64,000 nt of DNA from Antechinus flavipes. Taxonomy: Eukaryota. Below are positions 11,621 to 24,192 of the stretch, one piece after another. The notes under the pieces were generated by a model, which saw nothing but the letters and a program-made list of their open reading frames with translations, was not told the origin of the DNA and did no database searches. The stretch lies in assembly GCF_016432865.1 (NCBI RefSeq), contig NC_067398.1:81282001-81346000 (forward strand), in the 5' to 3' direction. The position numbers were made by a program, and so were the translations under genes. Every line of letters begins with the position of its first letter. Position 1 is the stretch's first letter.

Positions 11621-13979
11621 TTGGCTCAAGTGTCAAAAACTGAAAATCAAAATCTTATAAAAGTAAATGTTAAAAATTGTCTTTACATATAATTGGAAAG
11701 AAATAAAATGCTATTTTAGGAGGATTTAGGACAAAAATCTTGGCTATATACCACTTGCCACTTGTGTGGTCTTGGTAAGCTCCTTCCTCCCTTTCTGGGA
11801 CTCAGTTTCCTTTTTTTGTAGATTAAAACAGCTGAATTAATCTATAGTTCCTTCCAGTCCTATACTCTAAGGCTCCTATATATTTATAAAATTGGGATAA
11901 TAATAATGATGATGCTTTAAGATTTGCAAAATGCTTTACACATATAATTTCATTTGCTCCTCACAGCTACACTGTGAGGTAGACACTGTTATTGTCTCCA
12001 TTTTATATTCTGAGGTTGAGAGAAGTAATCATTTGAGGCAGAAGTTGAACTCAGTTCTTCATGATTCCAATTCCACCAGTCTCTCCACTCTATCACTCAG
12101 CTATGGAGAAAGAACATTGGATTTTCAGTCCAATAATTTGGGACTGAATTCCAGCTGTTACTTGCTAGCTGTATGAAATTAGAAAAGTCACTTAACTTCC
12201 CTGGAGGCAACTGGATTACTTGGCCCAGATGTTCCTGGATAAGAGATATTCCCTCTGGCATAGAATCTAGAGTAGGTGGAAAGATTCTAACCTTCCCTAA
12301 TTCCTTCCTTCCCTAGCCCACCCCACCCTGACTCTACCCTCATCCACCCCTAGCCTATTAATCCCAAAAACTCTTAATCTGGCTAAAACCTTGTGTTTAC
12401 CACAACCTGAATTTGGCCCTGCCTGTCATTTCTGGAACAACCCTCCTACACTCTTGAGAATGGTTCCCAGGCTTTGGGGGTACAGGCGATTAGCTTGGCA
12501 TTTTGTTACCCAACATCCCTGGCATAGAACACAGTTTCTGCCACCTATAACACACTGCCCTTTACACATTTTGTTGTTTCCTTTGGGTCTGAATTGTCAT
12601 TTCAGTTGGGTCTGATTCTTTGTGAAACCATCTGGGGTTTTCTTGGCAAGGATACTGGTATGGTTTGCCATTTCCTTCTCCAGATCATTTTACAGATTAG
12701 GAAACTGAGGGATATATAATTAGTAAGTTTCTTGGGTTTGGATTTGAACTCCAGACCCTGGTTCTATGCACTACAGCACAGAACTGTCCTTCCTTTACAT
12801 GTACATAGTAATAATAATAACAATAGTTAATACTTATATTATGCTTACAATGTGCCAGGCTTTGTGCCAAGCCCTTTGCAAATGTTATCTCATTATTTTC
12901 ATTATCTCATTATTATTACCTCCCAACAATTCTGTCCGGTAGGTGCTATTATCACGTTCATTTTACTGTTCGGTCACTTCAGTCACAGCTGACTCTTTGT
13001 GACTCCATTTGGAGTTTTCTTGGCAGAGAGAGTGAAGCCATTTGCCATTTTCTCTTCCAGTTTATTTTACAGATGAGGAAACTGAGACAAAGAAGGTGAA
13101 GTTATCCAGAATCACACAACTAGTAAGTATCTGAGGCCAGATTTGAACTAAGGAAGATCAGTTTTCCTGACTCTAAGTCTGCCTTTCTATTCACTGTGCC
13201 ACCCCCATTTTACAGATGGAGAAACTGAGGCAGACAGAGCTTAAATGATTTGTCCAGAGTGCCCCAAATAGGAGTGTGTGGGGCTAGATTTGGACTCATT
13301 CTTATCTTCCTGACTCCAGGCCCAGAACTCTATTCATTGCATCCCCTAACTGCTCTAATAATCGGTACATCCCTGGATCACCTTACTTATTTACTCCTTG
13401 CCAATTACTAAGGGCTGAGGATAGCCAGAAAAAGGCAAGAAAAGCCCTAAGCCTCTCAGGAGCCCATGGGAGACTACATGTGAGATAACCAGGTACACAC
13501 AAGATTAATATGGATTAGGTGGAAGGGAAATAAATCATTGGTGGGAAAGAGAGGGTGGAGAAAGGGGAAAGGCCTCCAGCAGAGGGTGAGATTGAAGGAA
13601 GCTGGGGCAGGGAGACCGAAAAGTAGGGGAGGAAGGAAAAGGGGAGGAGGGAGAAGAAGAAGGGAGTGGGGGAAGGGACAGGGAGCACTGCAGACAAGGG
13701 AGGAACAACTGGGTAAAGTTAAAGAGACTGGAGATGCCAGATCCCATAGAACAGTGTACCTGAATTGTTGTGAGTGTCAAGAAAAATCAAGGATAAGAAG
13801 ACTTGGAAATGCAGAGAGCTTTATACATGATCCTGAAGGTAACAGGAAGCCACAGATGTTTGCTGAGCAGGCTGATGGCCTCCTCAGAACTATAGGAAAA
13901 CTTTCTCCACCAATACAGAGATTTCTTTAGTCTAACCTGTTTATAGCTTCTACTCATCCAGAATTGCTGGGCAAACTGG

Positions 13980-16150
13980 AAGGCCATCTGACACCTACCA
14001 CAGTATAACATAATGAGTTCAAAGTGCTACACGGCCTAAATGTAATTGGTCACATCATAAGGAAAAATCAGGAGAGAAAAGTTGATGCCTTTCACAACTA
14101 TGCCCTGGGAAAAGGGATTTAGAATTGGGATTCTTAACCAAAGAAGGGACCGGGGGGTCATAAAAGATAAAATAGACATTTTCAGCTACATAACATTTTA
14201 AAGTAAAATCAATGAAACTAAAATAAGAGAAATAGTTGGGCAGGAGAAAAATCTTTGCATTAAATTACTCTGATGAAAAATAAAAGGACATTCAAAGCCA
14301 TTCTCTGACAGGTAAACATTCAAAGATATGAATGAACACTTTGCCATTTGGGAGGGAAAACTATAAACTACAATATGGAAAAATCTCCAAATAATTTTTA
14401 ATAAGAGAATGCAATTTTTACCTCATATCCATCAAAGTGGCAATAATGATTAAAGATGTCTCCATCTATGGGAGACTATGGGAAGACAGGCACACTAATA
14501 CAACATTGGTGGAACAACTGGTGAATTGGTTCATACATTGTGGAAAACAAACTGGGGTTATATGGGAAAAGTTCATTCCCTTTACCCTAAGGAGGTAAAA
14601 AACCAGAAAGGTTCCATATATAATACCGAGATATTCATAGCAGCACTTTTTGTGGTTGTTCTCGAAGAGGACAGATGACATCATCATAAGGGTATATCTG
14701 GACTTGCATGTGAATTGGATCTAAGTGAGGTCCTGTGCAAAGTCATCAGCATTACTCTCTCCTCCAGTCAGCAGTTAGATCCAGGCAGCAGCAATGGATG
14801 GTGCACCGGGCCTGAAGTGGGGATAACTGGGTTCAATTTGTCCCTCAGATATTCACTGTGACCTTGGACAAGCCACTTCACCGCTGTTTTTCTCAGCTTC
14901 CTCATCTATAAAATGGGGATAATAATAATAGCACCCATCTCCTAAGGTTGTTATAAGGCTCATTATAATAATAAATGTAAAGTCCTTAAGCATAATTTTT
15001 GGTACCTAGTAAGCTCTATCAGGATGCTCTCAGGAAAAAAAAAAAAAAAAAACCTGGAAAGTCCTCAATGAACTCAAGCAAAATGAAATGTACTGTGTGA
15101 AAAGTAAAAGCAATGTTCTGGGATGACAAACTGTACATGACTTTGCTCTTCTCAGAAACATCATGATCCATGACTACTCTGAAGGACCTAGGATGAAAAA
15201 TCCCATCTATATCCAGAGAAGGAACTGGTTGTGTCTGAATACAGACTGAAGTATACTCTTCCTCTCTTTTAACTTTCTTTTTCTTTTTCTTTTTTTTTTT
15301 TAATAACTTTTTATTGACAGAACCCATGTGTGGGTAATTTTTTACAGCATTATCCCTTGCACTCACTTCTGTTCCGATTTTTCTCCTCCCTCCCTCCACC
15401 CTCTCCCCCAGATGGCAAGAAGTCCTTTACATGTTGAATATGTTGCAGTATATCCTAGATACAATATATGTGTGCAGAACCGAACAGTTCTCTTGTTGCA
15501 CAGGGAGAATTGAATTCAGAAGGTAAAAATAACCCGGGAAGAAAAACAAAAATGCAAATAGTTCACATTCATTTCCCAGTGTTTTTTCTTTGGGTGTAGC
15601 TGCTTCTGTCCATCATTTATCAATTGAAACTCAGTTAAGTCTCTTTGTCAAAGAGATCCACTTCCATCAGAAAACATTCTCAAACAGTATCATTGTTGAG
15701 GTATATAATGATCTCCTGGTTCTGCTCATTTCACTCAGCATCAGTCCATGTAGGTCTCTCCAAGCCTCTCTATATTCATCTTGCTGGTCATTTCTTACAG
15801 AACAATAATATTCCATAACATTCATATACCACAATTTACCCAGCCATTCTCCAATTGATGGGCATCCATTCATTTTCCAGTTTCTAGCCACTACAAACAG
15901 GGCTGCGACAGACATTTTGGCACATACAGGTCCCTTTCCTTTCTTGTATCTCTTTGGGGTATAAGCCCAGTAGTTAACTTTATTTTTCTTGAGGATTTTT
16001 TTAATTAGAGTGGACAATCTATGTTTTTTTAACAACATGATTTTTATGGAAATGTTTTATATAACTTCACATATGGTTTCTTAATGGGGGCTGGGAGTTG
16101 GAGAAGGGAAAGAAACTAGAACTCAGAAGTTTCAAAAACAAAAAATGTTT
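13980..16150 (+). mobile_element. Old LINE-1 ORF2 3' part and 3'UTR, fragmented and interrupted by MIR and a younger L1
   Basis: Degenerate L1 ORF2-like text (ttttacctcatatccatcaaagtggca, atattcatagcagcactttttgtggttg) and a 3'UTR-like segment at 15050-15268 that resumes after 15990. Confidence 0.55.
15286..15973 (-). mobile_element. 5'-truncated young marsupial LINE-1 with poly(A) and target-site duplication
   Basis: The minus-strand translation resembles the L1 ORF2 C-terminus (KGPVCAKMSVAALFVVARNWKMNGCPSIGEWLGKLWYMNVMEYY...). There is a T-tract on plus at about 15285-15300 and a 17-bp TSD with one mismatch: ttaactttctttttctt (15269-15285) and ttaactttatttttctt (15974-15990). Confidence 0.9.
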
Positions 16151-16170
16151 TAAATGTAATGGGAGGGAGG

Positions 16171-16325
16171 GGGGACAGCTAGGTGGTACAGTGGATAGAG
16201 CACCAGCCCTGAAGTCAGGAGGCCCTGAATTCAAATCTGGCCTCAGACACATAGCATTTCCTAGCTGTGTGACCCTGGGCAAGTCTCTTAATTCCAACTG
16301 CTTCAGCAAAAAAATAAATAAATGT
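16171..16325 (+). mobile_element. WSINE1/Mar1-like CORE-SINE
   Basis: Head ggggacagctaggtggtacagtggatagagcacc, B-box-like gaattcaaatc, core gtgtgaccctgggcaagtc and an A-rich tail. Confidence 0.85.
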
Positions 16326-17365
16326 AACCAGTGAAAATACTAAATAAATAAATAAGCTAGTAAGCTCTATGTTATTATTTATTTTGTTATTTATTATCAT
16401 CATTATTATAATAAAAAATTGGAAACACAATGGGTGCTCACTTGCTGGGAAATGACCAAATTGGGTTTGTGAATTTAACAGAACATTATTTTGGGATAAG
16501 AAACTAGGAATATGAAGAAGTAGAAGCAAGATGGAAAAAACTGCAATAACTAATGCAGGGAAATGTGCAAAATCAGGAGAATAATGCCTACTGCTGGGGA
16601 GAGAGCACAGTCCTGGAGTCAGGAAAAACTGAATTCAAATTTGGCCTCAGATACTAACACCCTGGGCACGTCACTTAAACTGAAAAATGAACTGGAGAAG
16701 GAAATGGCAAAGCACTCCAGCACCTTCGCCAAGAAAAAACAAACCCCAGTGGAATCAAGGTGAGTTGGATACTGCTGAAAACAGCTGGATCAGGCATCTA
16801 AACTGAGAGCTTAGTGAAAATCACATCCTCCTTCTACAAAGAAGTCTGTTATCACAGCACCGGCCCAACCTGTGGGCGCCCAGAACTAGCCGAGCAGGCC
16901 AGAGACAGGAGAGTCGGAGCAAACTCAAGCTAAATTTCAAAGTGAGGGAGCCAGCTTCAAAGCAGACGCACGTGCCCGAGCCCCGCCCCTAGTGGGAGGG
17001 GACTACTTTAGCGCGGGAAAGTCTTCCCGCTTTAGACCTGCGGCTTCCAAGTGAGCTGTAGCCCTGACAATTAAGGATCACAGAAATAACGGGAAAAGTT
17101 TGATTCATAGCGGGGCTCCGTGACCAGAAACAATCGCGAGATTTTGCTGTGGCTGAGATCATCCAGAGGGTGACCGCAAAGGATTGTTGTTATGTCAAAC
17201 TCAGGGCAGAGTCTGCTTGCTGGGCCTTGGCTCTGGAAAACAGGGCATCTCCTGATAGCCTATACAGCGCTCAATAATAACTGGTAGCATTTATATGGCA
17301 TAAAGAACTTTATAACTATGGCGGCCACCGCGTTGGAAGCTGGATGCTACCATTAGGCTCATTTT

Positions 17366-17525
17366 ATTTTACTTATTTATTTATTTATTTGCTGAGGTAT
17401 TTGGGGTTAAATGACTTGCCCAGGGTCACACAGCCAGAAGTGTTAAGTGTCTGAGGTCACATTTGAACTCGGGTCCTCCTGACATCAGGGCTGGGGCTCC
17501 AGCCACTGCGCCCCCTAGCTGCCCC
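17366..17525 (-). mobile_element. Young WSINE1/Mar1-like SINE with perfect 12-bp TSD
   Basis: Minus-strand head ggggcagctagggggcgcagtgg and (TTTA)n tail on plus. The TSD taggctcatttt lies at 17354-17365 and 17526-17537. Confidence 0.9.
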
Positions 17526-17636
17526 TAGGCTCATTTTGCAGATGTTTGCCCAGTGTAGTGAAGGCTGGACTCCAGCGCCAGTGCCCTAGCCACTAGGGGT
17601 GCTAGCTGCGGGCAGACTGTGGCGTTCTATGTATGT

Positions 17637-17659
17637 ATCCATCCATCCATCCATCCATC
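17637..17659. repeat. (CCAT)n microsatellite
   Basis: tccatccatccatccatccatct. Confidence 0.85.
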
Positions 17660-18049
17660 TAAGTTTTAACTGAGGCAGTTGGGCCTTTCAGGCCCCTCCA
17701 ACTTTCTCTCTGGGACCCTAAGCCTCCTCCCGCTTAGCACGTCCAAAGCTGAGGGCCTCCCTCGCGAGGCCCAGGAGCCCCAGAACAATCGTTGCACCCC
17801 AACACAATGCCTTCGCCTACGCCCAGAATGCCTCATAAAGGCACCGGGAAACAAAATCTAAAGCTCACAGGAGTTCGCACGCACAGAGTAATCAATCCCC
17901 GGATACACGATCAGTAGCCCCTATAAATGCTCCCCCCCTTCACGCACGTTTGCACGCCTATGCGCAGACACACGCGGAAACACCCACGTCTCAACCACCC
18001 AGGGCCAAGCCAGAGTGCTACACGGGGCCAGGCCTTCCCAGAAGCCCCC

Positions 18050-18420
18050 GAGCGGCCCCCAGGCACCCCTTCCCACCGACACTCGCACTCACCGGGCCCC
18101 GCCCCGCCCCAAGAGCCTAGCAGAAGCCGGGCAGTCTCCGCTGCGGACGCTAATTTCTCTTGGAGGGCGGGGCAAGGAGCAGCCAATGAGGGCGCCGCAC
18201 GGCGCCGCGTCACCGGGCCCTCAAAAACGGAGTTGTAGAACTGGCTGCAAAGTTTTCCTGCCCGGCGGGGCCGTGGGCCTGGCTCCTTCCCCTCGGGGTC
18301 CCCAGGCCCCGGCCTCCGGGAAGGATGAGGCCTGGACCCCGGCGAAGGAGCGAGGAAGGGGGCGAAAGGGCGGGGCCCTGCTCGAGGCGGGGTTGGGAGG
18401 GCGGGTCCCCACGAGTTTAA
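18050..18420. promoter_or_regulatory. CpG island, bidirectional ABHD14A/ABHD14B promoter; probable non-coding ABHD14A exon 1 ends at 18093
   Basis: CCAAT at 18183-18187, several GC boxes (18097-18110, about 18164-18171) and high CpG content. A strong minus-strand donor CCG|GTGAGT has its exon end at 18093. A candidate plus-strand donor CAG|GTATCG at 18756 may serve ABHD14B exon 1. Confidence 0.75.
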
Positions 18421-20072
18421 GGCCAGCCTCCGTTGGAGAGGGCAGTGTCGGCCCCACCTCCTTTGGGCAGCCTTCCCAGATTGGAGGGAGAGCTGGGGGA
18501 GGCCCCGGAGCTGGGCTGGGAAGGAGCCATGCACGGGTTCCGCCTCCTCCCGTCCCTGCTAGCTCGGGGTGCAGCCACCAGAGGGCTCCCGCGTGGGGCC
18601 CGGGCCGGCAGCCATTCACTGGGGCGGGCCCCTGCCCCTGCCCTTTCCCCTTCTCTTCCCCGCCCAGTTCAGCCCCCGCGCCCGCCCTCCTGTACACTCG
18701 CCCTGGCCCTGGCCCTGGCCCATACCGGCCTGCACTGAGCCCTCTGAACCCACCAGGTATCGCCCCGACTCTTGCCCCCATCTGTCAACCGGGCCTAACT
18801 ATCTGCTGCCTCCCTGAAATCCCTGGTCTCATCTTACTCCTTTCTTCCCCAGCCCCCTTGGTCTCCGTTCTCATCCCCACCATATTCTCGCCCTTCGCCC
18901 TTTCCTCCAATACCTGGCCCCCTAGTCCGATGGGTCCCTTCTCCCCCCTCCCCCACTACGCGTCAGCTCTTTCCCCGCTCTCCAATACTTGCTCCCCCAG
19001 TCCGGTGCCGTCTCCCCACCTGGCTGCACCCCAGTCCTTTCCCCTCTCTTTTCCAATATCTGGCCCTCCAGTCTGCTGGAACCTTTGTCTCCCTCCTTTC
19101 ACATACCCTGCTCTCCTCCCCTTCCCTCCCATACCAAGTCCCTCCATTCGGTGGCCTCTGTCTTCTCGCCCCCATTACACCCTGCCCCCCACCCCCCTAG
19201 TTGATCCTTTCTTGGCCCCTGCAGCTCTCTTTGTCTTCCTGGGAGCCCCTCTCCCCATCCCCCACTGCCTTCTTTGCTCCCCTTCCTTCCCAAGGTGGGC
19301 CCCAGGCTGAAGTCTAGGCCGGAACGTGATTCCTGGGAGGGAGGAGTTATCTGTTGTGTCCTTGGCCACCTGCCAGCCCAGCTTGGGACAAGCAGGATCA
19401 GCAGCCATGATTTGTCCCAGAATAGGACTGTAGAGCCCACGTACCTGTGTTCTAGCAGGGCCAGAGGCTGGCTTCACAGCCTTGGTCTGCGCAGGGCCTG
19501 TCCCTCTGCATGTGAGGGGCTCTCCGTCAGCATTGGTCAGACACCTCTGCAGGACACTGCGGCCCTTGGTGTATGAAGGCTCCGGAGCTCGCTGGGAGCC
19601 ACAGCCCCACGCAGGGCCGTGGAACAGAGGCCTTAGCTTGTCCCGGAGACACTGAGGGCCTCGCATCTGGTTTGGTTTGGAGCACGGCCACGTGGCCGCA
19701 GGGGCCGAGTCAGAAGGGCCTGACCTGATAGTCGTGTGACCCTGGGCCAGTCACTCACCGGCGACAGCCTCAGGCTCCTCAACTGGGAAATAATAATAAT
19801 GCTAGCACCTCCCCTCCCCCCCCCTTCATATGAGGTAACAGTTGTGAGATGCTTGCCCAGCACCCGGCATTAGAAAGTACTTAATGAGTGCTTGTGCCTT
19901 TCTCTTCTCCTTCATGTGTGTATCGGACGTTGGCAGGGCCTTCAGCTCCCCGCTCCTGGTCTGTCCCGCGGTTCCGGCCCCCTCCCCGCCCTTGGGCCGG
20001 CTGTCCCTTCTGCTCCGCTCTCCGGGCCCTCATCCACCGGTACCCCAGCAGGCCCCGGACTGGCGGTGAACC

Positions 20073-23000
20073 ATGGCCGGTGTCCGGCAGAGTGAGGGCA
20101 CCATCTCCGTGCAGGGGCAGAAACTCTTCTTCCGGGAGGCCCGGCCTGCCAGCGGGCAGGCTCCGCGCCTCTCTGTGCTCCTGCTCCACGGCATCCGCTT
20201 CTCCTCCGAGACTTGGCTCAAGCTGGGCACGCTGGACCAAGTGGCCCAGGCGGGCTACCGGGCGGTGGGCATCGATCTGCCAGGTACGGGGCGTGGGCTC
20301 AGGTCCCTGGGCATCCGCCTTCGTGGGAAAGTGTGGGAGGGGCCTGCGGAGCTGAATTCAAATGGTGTCAGAAGGAGGGATTATAGCCCTGGGGATGAAA
20401 TACCTTCATTCAGTCAATGGTAGTTGTTATGAAAATTGGAACTGTTCAAGGCAGGGTTTCAAAGCCTCCTGAGCGGTGTAGGAGGGGCTGTGAGCTGCCT
20501 TATGCTGCTAAGTCTGCCTGTACAGCTGCTGGGTCCCTCTAGACCCTCCAAAAAGCAGGGGACCATTTTTTACAGAAGGTCAGAGTTGGGCAGAACCTCA
20601 GGAATAATTTAGTGCAATTGCTTTATCTGAACAGGCCCAGAGAGGTGAAGCCCTTAGCCAGGTTACAAGGCAGAGAATAGCAGAGCTGGGACCAGAATTC
20701 AGGTTCTCCGACTTCTAGCCCAGGGCTCTTTCCACGCTACGCATCTGCGGTGGGCATCCTGTCAGGCTGGCCCCAAAGATGGGGAGGCCCCGGATCTCCA
20801 CCCTGTCTCTGGCCTAAGCCCTGCCCTGCCTTTGCGTAGAGTCCTAAGCTGGCGACACGGGGGAGAGTGGGGGGGTGGGAACCCAGTGTGACCCTCAGGG
20901 ACACCCCTTTCCACCATCACCCCCAGGTAAGAAGGCCGTATGTTTGCTTGCATAAAAAACCTAATGGTTATTTGCACATACAGACACCCAAGCAGTCATC
21001 TCTGTGCTAATTATTTCCAGATCTATTTATTCTCTGCTAGACTACCACCATGCATCTCCAGCCGGGTGTCCCACACACAGCTCGCTCACCAAATCAAGGA
21101 CAAAATAAAGAGTGGCTTCTAGCAGCGCCAGCTCGCGCTTTGTGACCGTGACCCAACACCCCCCTCCAGGCTTCCCCTCCTGTCCCCCAGTCTCCCGGCT
21201 CTAACCTCAGTAACAGCCTAACATCTCTCCCCTGCCTTCGCTCATATAACCGCAATCCTGCCTCTTTCTGGGCCTTCTGGTCTCTTGTCCCTTGCTCCTT
21301 TCTCTCCCCACTCTAATGCATTCTCCAGTCAGCTAGCAGATCACTCCTCCCCTGCCCAGTGAGTTCCAGTGACTGCCTGTTGCCTCCAGCATCAAATATA
21401 AACTTTCTGACACTTTAAGTCCTTTATTCCTTAGCCTCTTCCTATTTTTCCAACTTAGCACAATATAGAAGGTGCTTAATAAATGCGTGTGCCCTCTCCA
21501 GTCTATGGTAAGCACTGAATAATCTTATTTAAGTTTTACAAGAAGCTAGTGAGACAAACACCATTGATATTATCTCCTATTTTATAAAAGACCAATGAGG
21601 CCCAGGGAGGCCAAATCTTTGCCCACTTACATACAGCTAGTGAGTTTTGCAAACAGGATTTGAACTTAGCTGTCTCCAACACATTTCTTTTTTTTAATTA
21701 AAGTTTTTTATTTTTCAAAACATATGCATAGATAATTCTGCAACATTAGCTCTTGCAAAACCTTATGTTCCAGTTTCCCCCCTTCTCCCACCCCCTCTCC
21801 TGGATGGCAAGTAGTCCAATATATGTTAAATATAGTAGAAATATTTGTTCAACACACTTCTACACTTCACTCTGTAAAGGGAAGGGGGTTGGACTAATAA
21901 GAGTAATTGTGAGTATTTTCATACTTTAAGGTTTGTGAGGAGTTTTACAAACAGTAACTCAATTTATCAACCCTGGGAGACAGTTGCTATTATTATTCCT
22001 ATTTTAAAATGAGGATCACCATTTTACAGATGAGAGTTCCCATTTTATAGATGAGGAAACTGAGGCAGAAGGAGAGTGTGATTTGTCCAAAAACAAAAAC
22101 ATCTCCTTAGAGGTTGGATTTGAGCTCAGTTCTTTGTGACTCTGAGTTCACTGCCATATCCACCATAGCACTGATACCTTTATTCTCTTGGCTTTAAATC
22201 CTATCTAACACAAAACATCAGTTGATCAGAGTAAGTTGGGAGTGATGATTTGGGAAGGTTTCTTGGAGTAGGTGAACTATTTGTTCTCCTCCGTTTACGT
22301 ACCCACTTTCTTACTTCTCCTTCCCTTCCTTCCTCCAGGTCTAGGACATTCCAAGGAAGCGTCTGCCCCCACAGCCATCGGGGAGCTGGCCCCCAGCAGC
22401 TTTCTGCAGAGCGTGCTGGAGGCTCTGGAGCTGGGCTCCACGGTCGTGGTCAGCCCGTCTCTCAGTGGGATGTACTCGCTGCCCTTCCTCACGGCCCCCG
22501 GCTCCCAGCTCTGTGGCTATGTGCCTGTTGCCCCCATCTGCACAGATAAAGTCAGCCCAGCTGACTATGGCCGTGTGAAGGTATGTGAGTCTGAGGGAAG
22601 CAGACGAGACATAAGCCAGGGCACGGGCGGTCCCCCACGAGGCAGGGCCTGAGGCTGCTGAGAATGTTCCCCTGCTAGACAGGAAGCTCAGGGAGCAAAA
22701 TGACTCCATCTTAGTGAAACTCCTTAAAAAAGAGCATTTTCAATTCACGAGCATTTATTTACTCTCCTTCTTTACCACTGGAAGAAAGGGAGAAAGAGAG
22801 AGAAAGAAAGGGAAAGAACAAAAAAGAGAAAGAAAGGAAGGGGGGAAAGCCCTTATAACCTATCTAGATAGTTACCTTAAAGCCTTTCCCTCCCCCTGCC
22901 CCATTTATTCTCCAGGGCTAGTAGTAGTATGAGCCCACTACTCTGGATGCTATAAGCATTTAATAAATAAATATTGAAAGTAAATTGGACATTTTTAAAA

Positions 23001-23457
23001 GGATGTCCCTCCTGCGCGAAAGGGGAAGGGCTGACCCAAGTTAGAGGCTGCCTGCCACTCTGGGTCTGCTCTCAATCGTTCCTTTGAGGGGGGACCTCTC
23101 CCTTGGGGAAGCCTCCTGGACCTCGCCCCCGCCATCACGGTTCTCATCTGCTTTCTCATCCAGCTGACCTACAGACTGAGAAGAGAGAGCAGGCCCTCCT
23201 GGTAGATGAGGTTAGGGGCAGGGATTAGGGGCGGCTGACATGAACAGGTCTCTGATAGCTTCCTGCACCCTTCCCAGACCCCCACCCTGATCGTGTATGG
23301 AGACCAGGATCCCATGGGGGAGTCAAGCCTCCAGCACCTGCAGCAGCTGCCTAACCACCAGGTGATGGTGATGAAAGGCGCGGGACATCCCTGCTACCTG
23401 GACAGGCCCGATGAATGGCACTCCGGGCTGCTGGATTTCCTGAATGGGCTGTCCTGA
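20073..23457 (+). CDS. ABHD14B: Abhydrolase domain-containing protein 14B, 210 aa
   Basis: Coding exons 20073-20283, 22339-22580 and 23278-23457 total 633 nt with GT-AG introns. Motifs: [30 protein letters not shown] and [11 protein letters not shown]. Confidence 0.97.
21685..21850 (-). mobile_element. Short L1 3'UTR fragment with poly(A)
   Basis: A T-tract followed by text similar to the L1 3'UTR copies at 15300-15440 and 59925-60230 (ctcccaccccctctcctggatggcaagtagtcc). Confidence 0.7.
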
Positions 23458-23628
23458 GGGCCTGAGCTGGACCCACTGACTGGGGGAGGGAAGGGGACTG
23501 ATAGCCACATTCCTGCCCCTTTTACCTGCCTTCTTCCCTCTCTTTCCAGCCGGCCTGTCTGACAGACCTCTGTCCAGCTCTCCACCTGCCTGTCTGCTCA
23601 AAGGGAGCTGGCTCTCTCGTGCCAGGTC

Positions 23629-23659
<31 letters not shown>

Positions 23660-24186
23660 TTCCAGAACTTCAGGTGGATGAGAAGAATCAGGAGAAATAA
23701 TGAGGGGAAACCAGGAATCTCACCCATGGAGGGTAATTGATTAGACACGTTTCTCTCCTTGCGCTTCCTCTGCTCCCCTTCACCTCCAGCCCTTCCTAGG
23801 TCTTTTTTTCCAGGCTTCTTCACACCCCCTCCCCCTTCATCTGTCTGTGCTCACACCTGCACATGTAGGATTACAGACGCACACCCATCTATCTGCTCCG
23901 GGAGCCACCCCTCCGTGGGCACCTTGCCGGCGGAGGTCTCCAGGAGCAAAGGGGCTCCCTGGGTTGGGGGGAAGGTCTTGGCCCTCCGGGTTCCGGGCAG
24001 GGTCTGGAGTTCAGGTACGCTGCAGTGGGTGCTCCTTTCTGTTCTGCTGCTTTCTGGCCTCTGGGGTTAGCGTTAACACTTGTTGAGGGGCTCTCCTTCC
24101 TCTTTCTGTCTGACACCGGTTCCTGATGCCCGCAGAGCCTGCCTTTTCCTGCCCTTGAATCATGGGGCTTGGGAGAGGAACAGAAA

Positions 24187-24192
24187 AATAAA
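24187..24192 (+). terminator. Candidate polyadenylation signal of ABHD14B
   Basis: First AATAAA I noticed after the stop codon (about 730 nt downstream). Confidence 0.55.

Noticed and set aside
18015-19310. 431-aa Pro-rich ORF and similar ORFs at 25.3-27.2 kb, 42.5-44.0 kb and 53.2-55.0 kb
   Set aside because: These are CpG-island or pyrimidine-rich sequence with overlapping ORFs in several frames and no domain signal.
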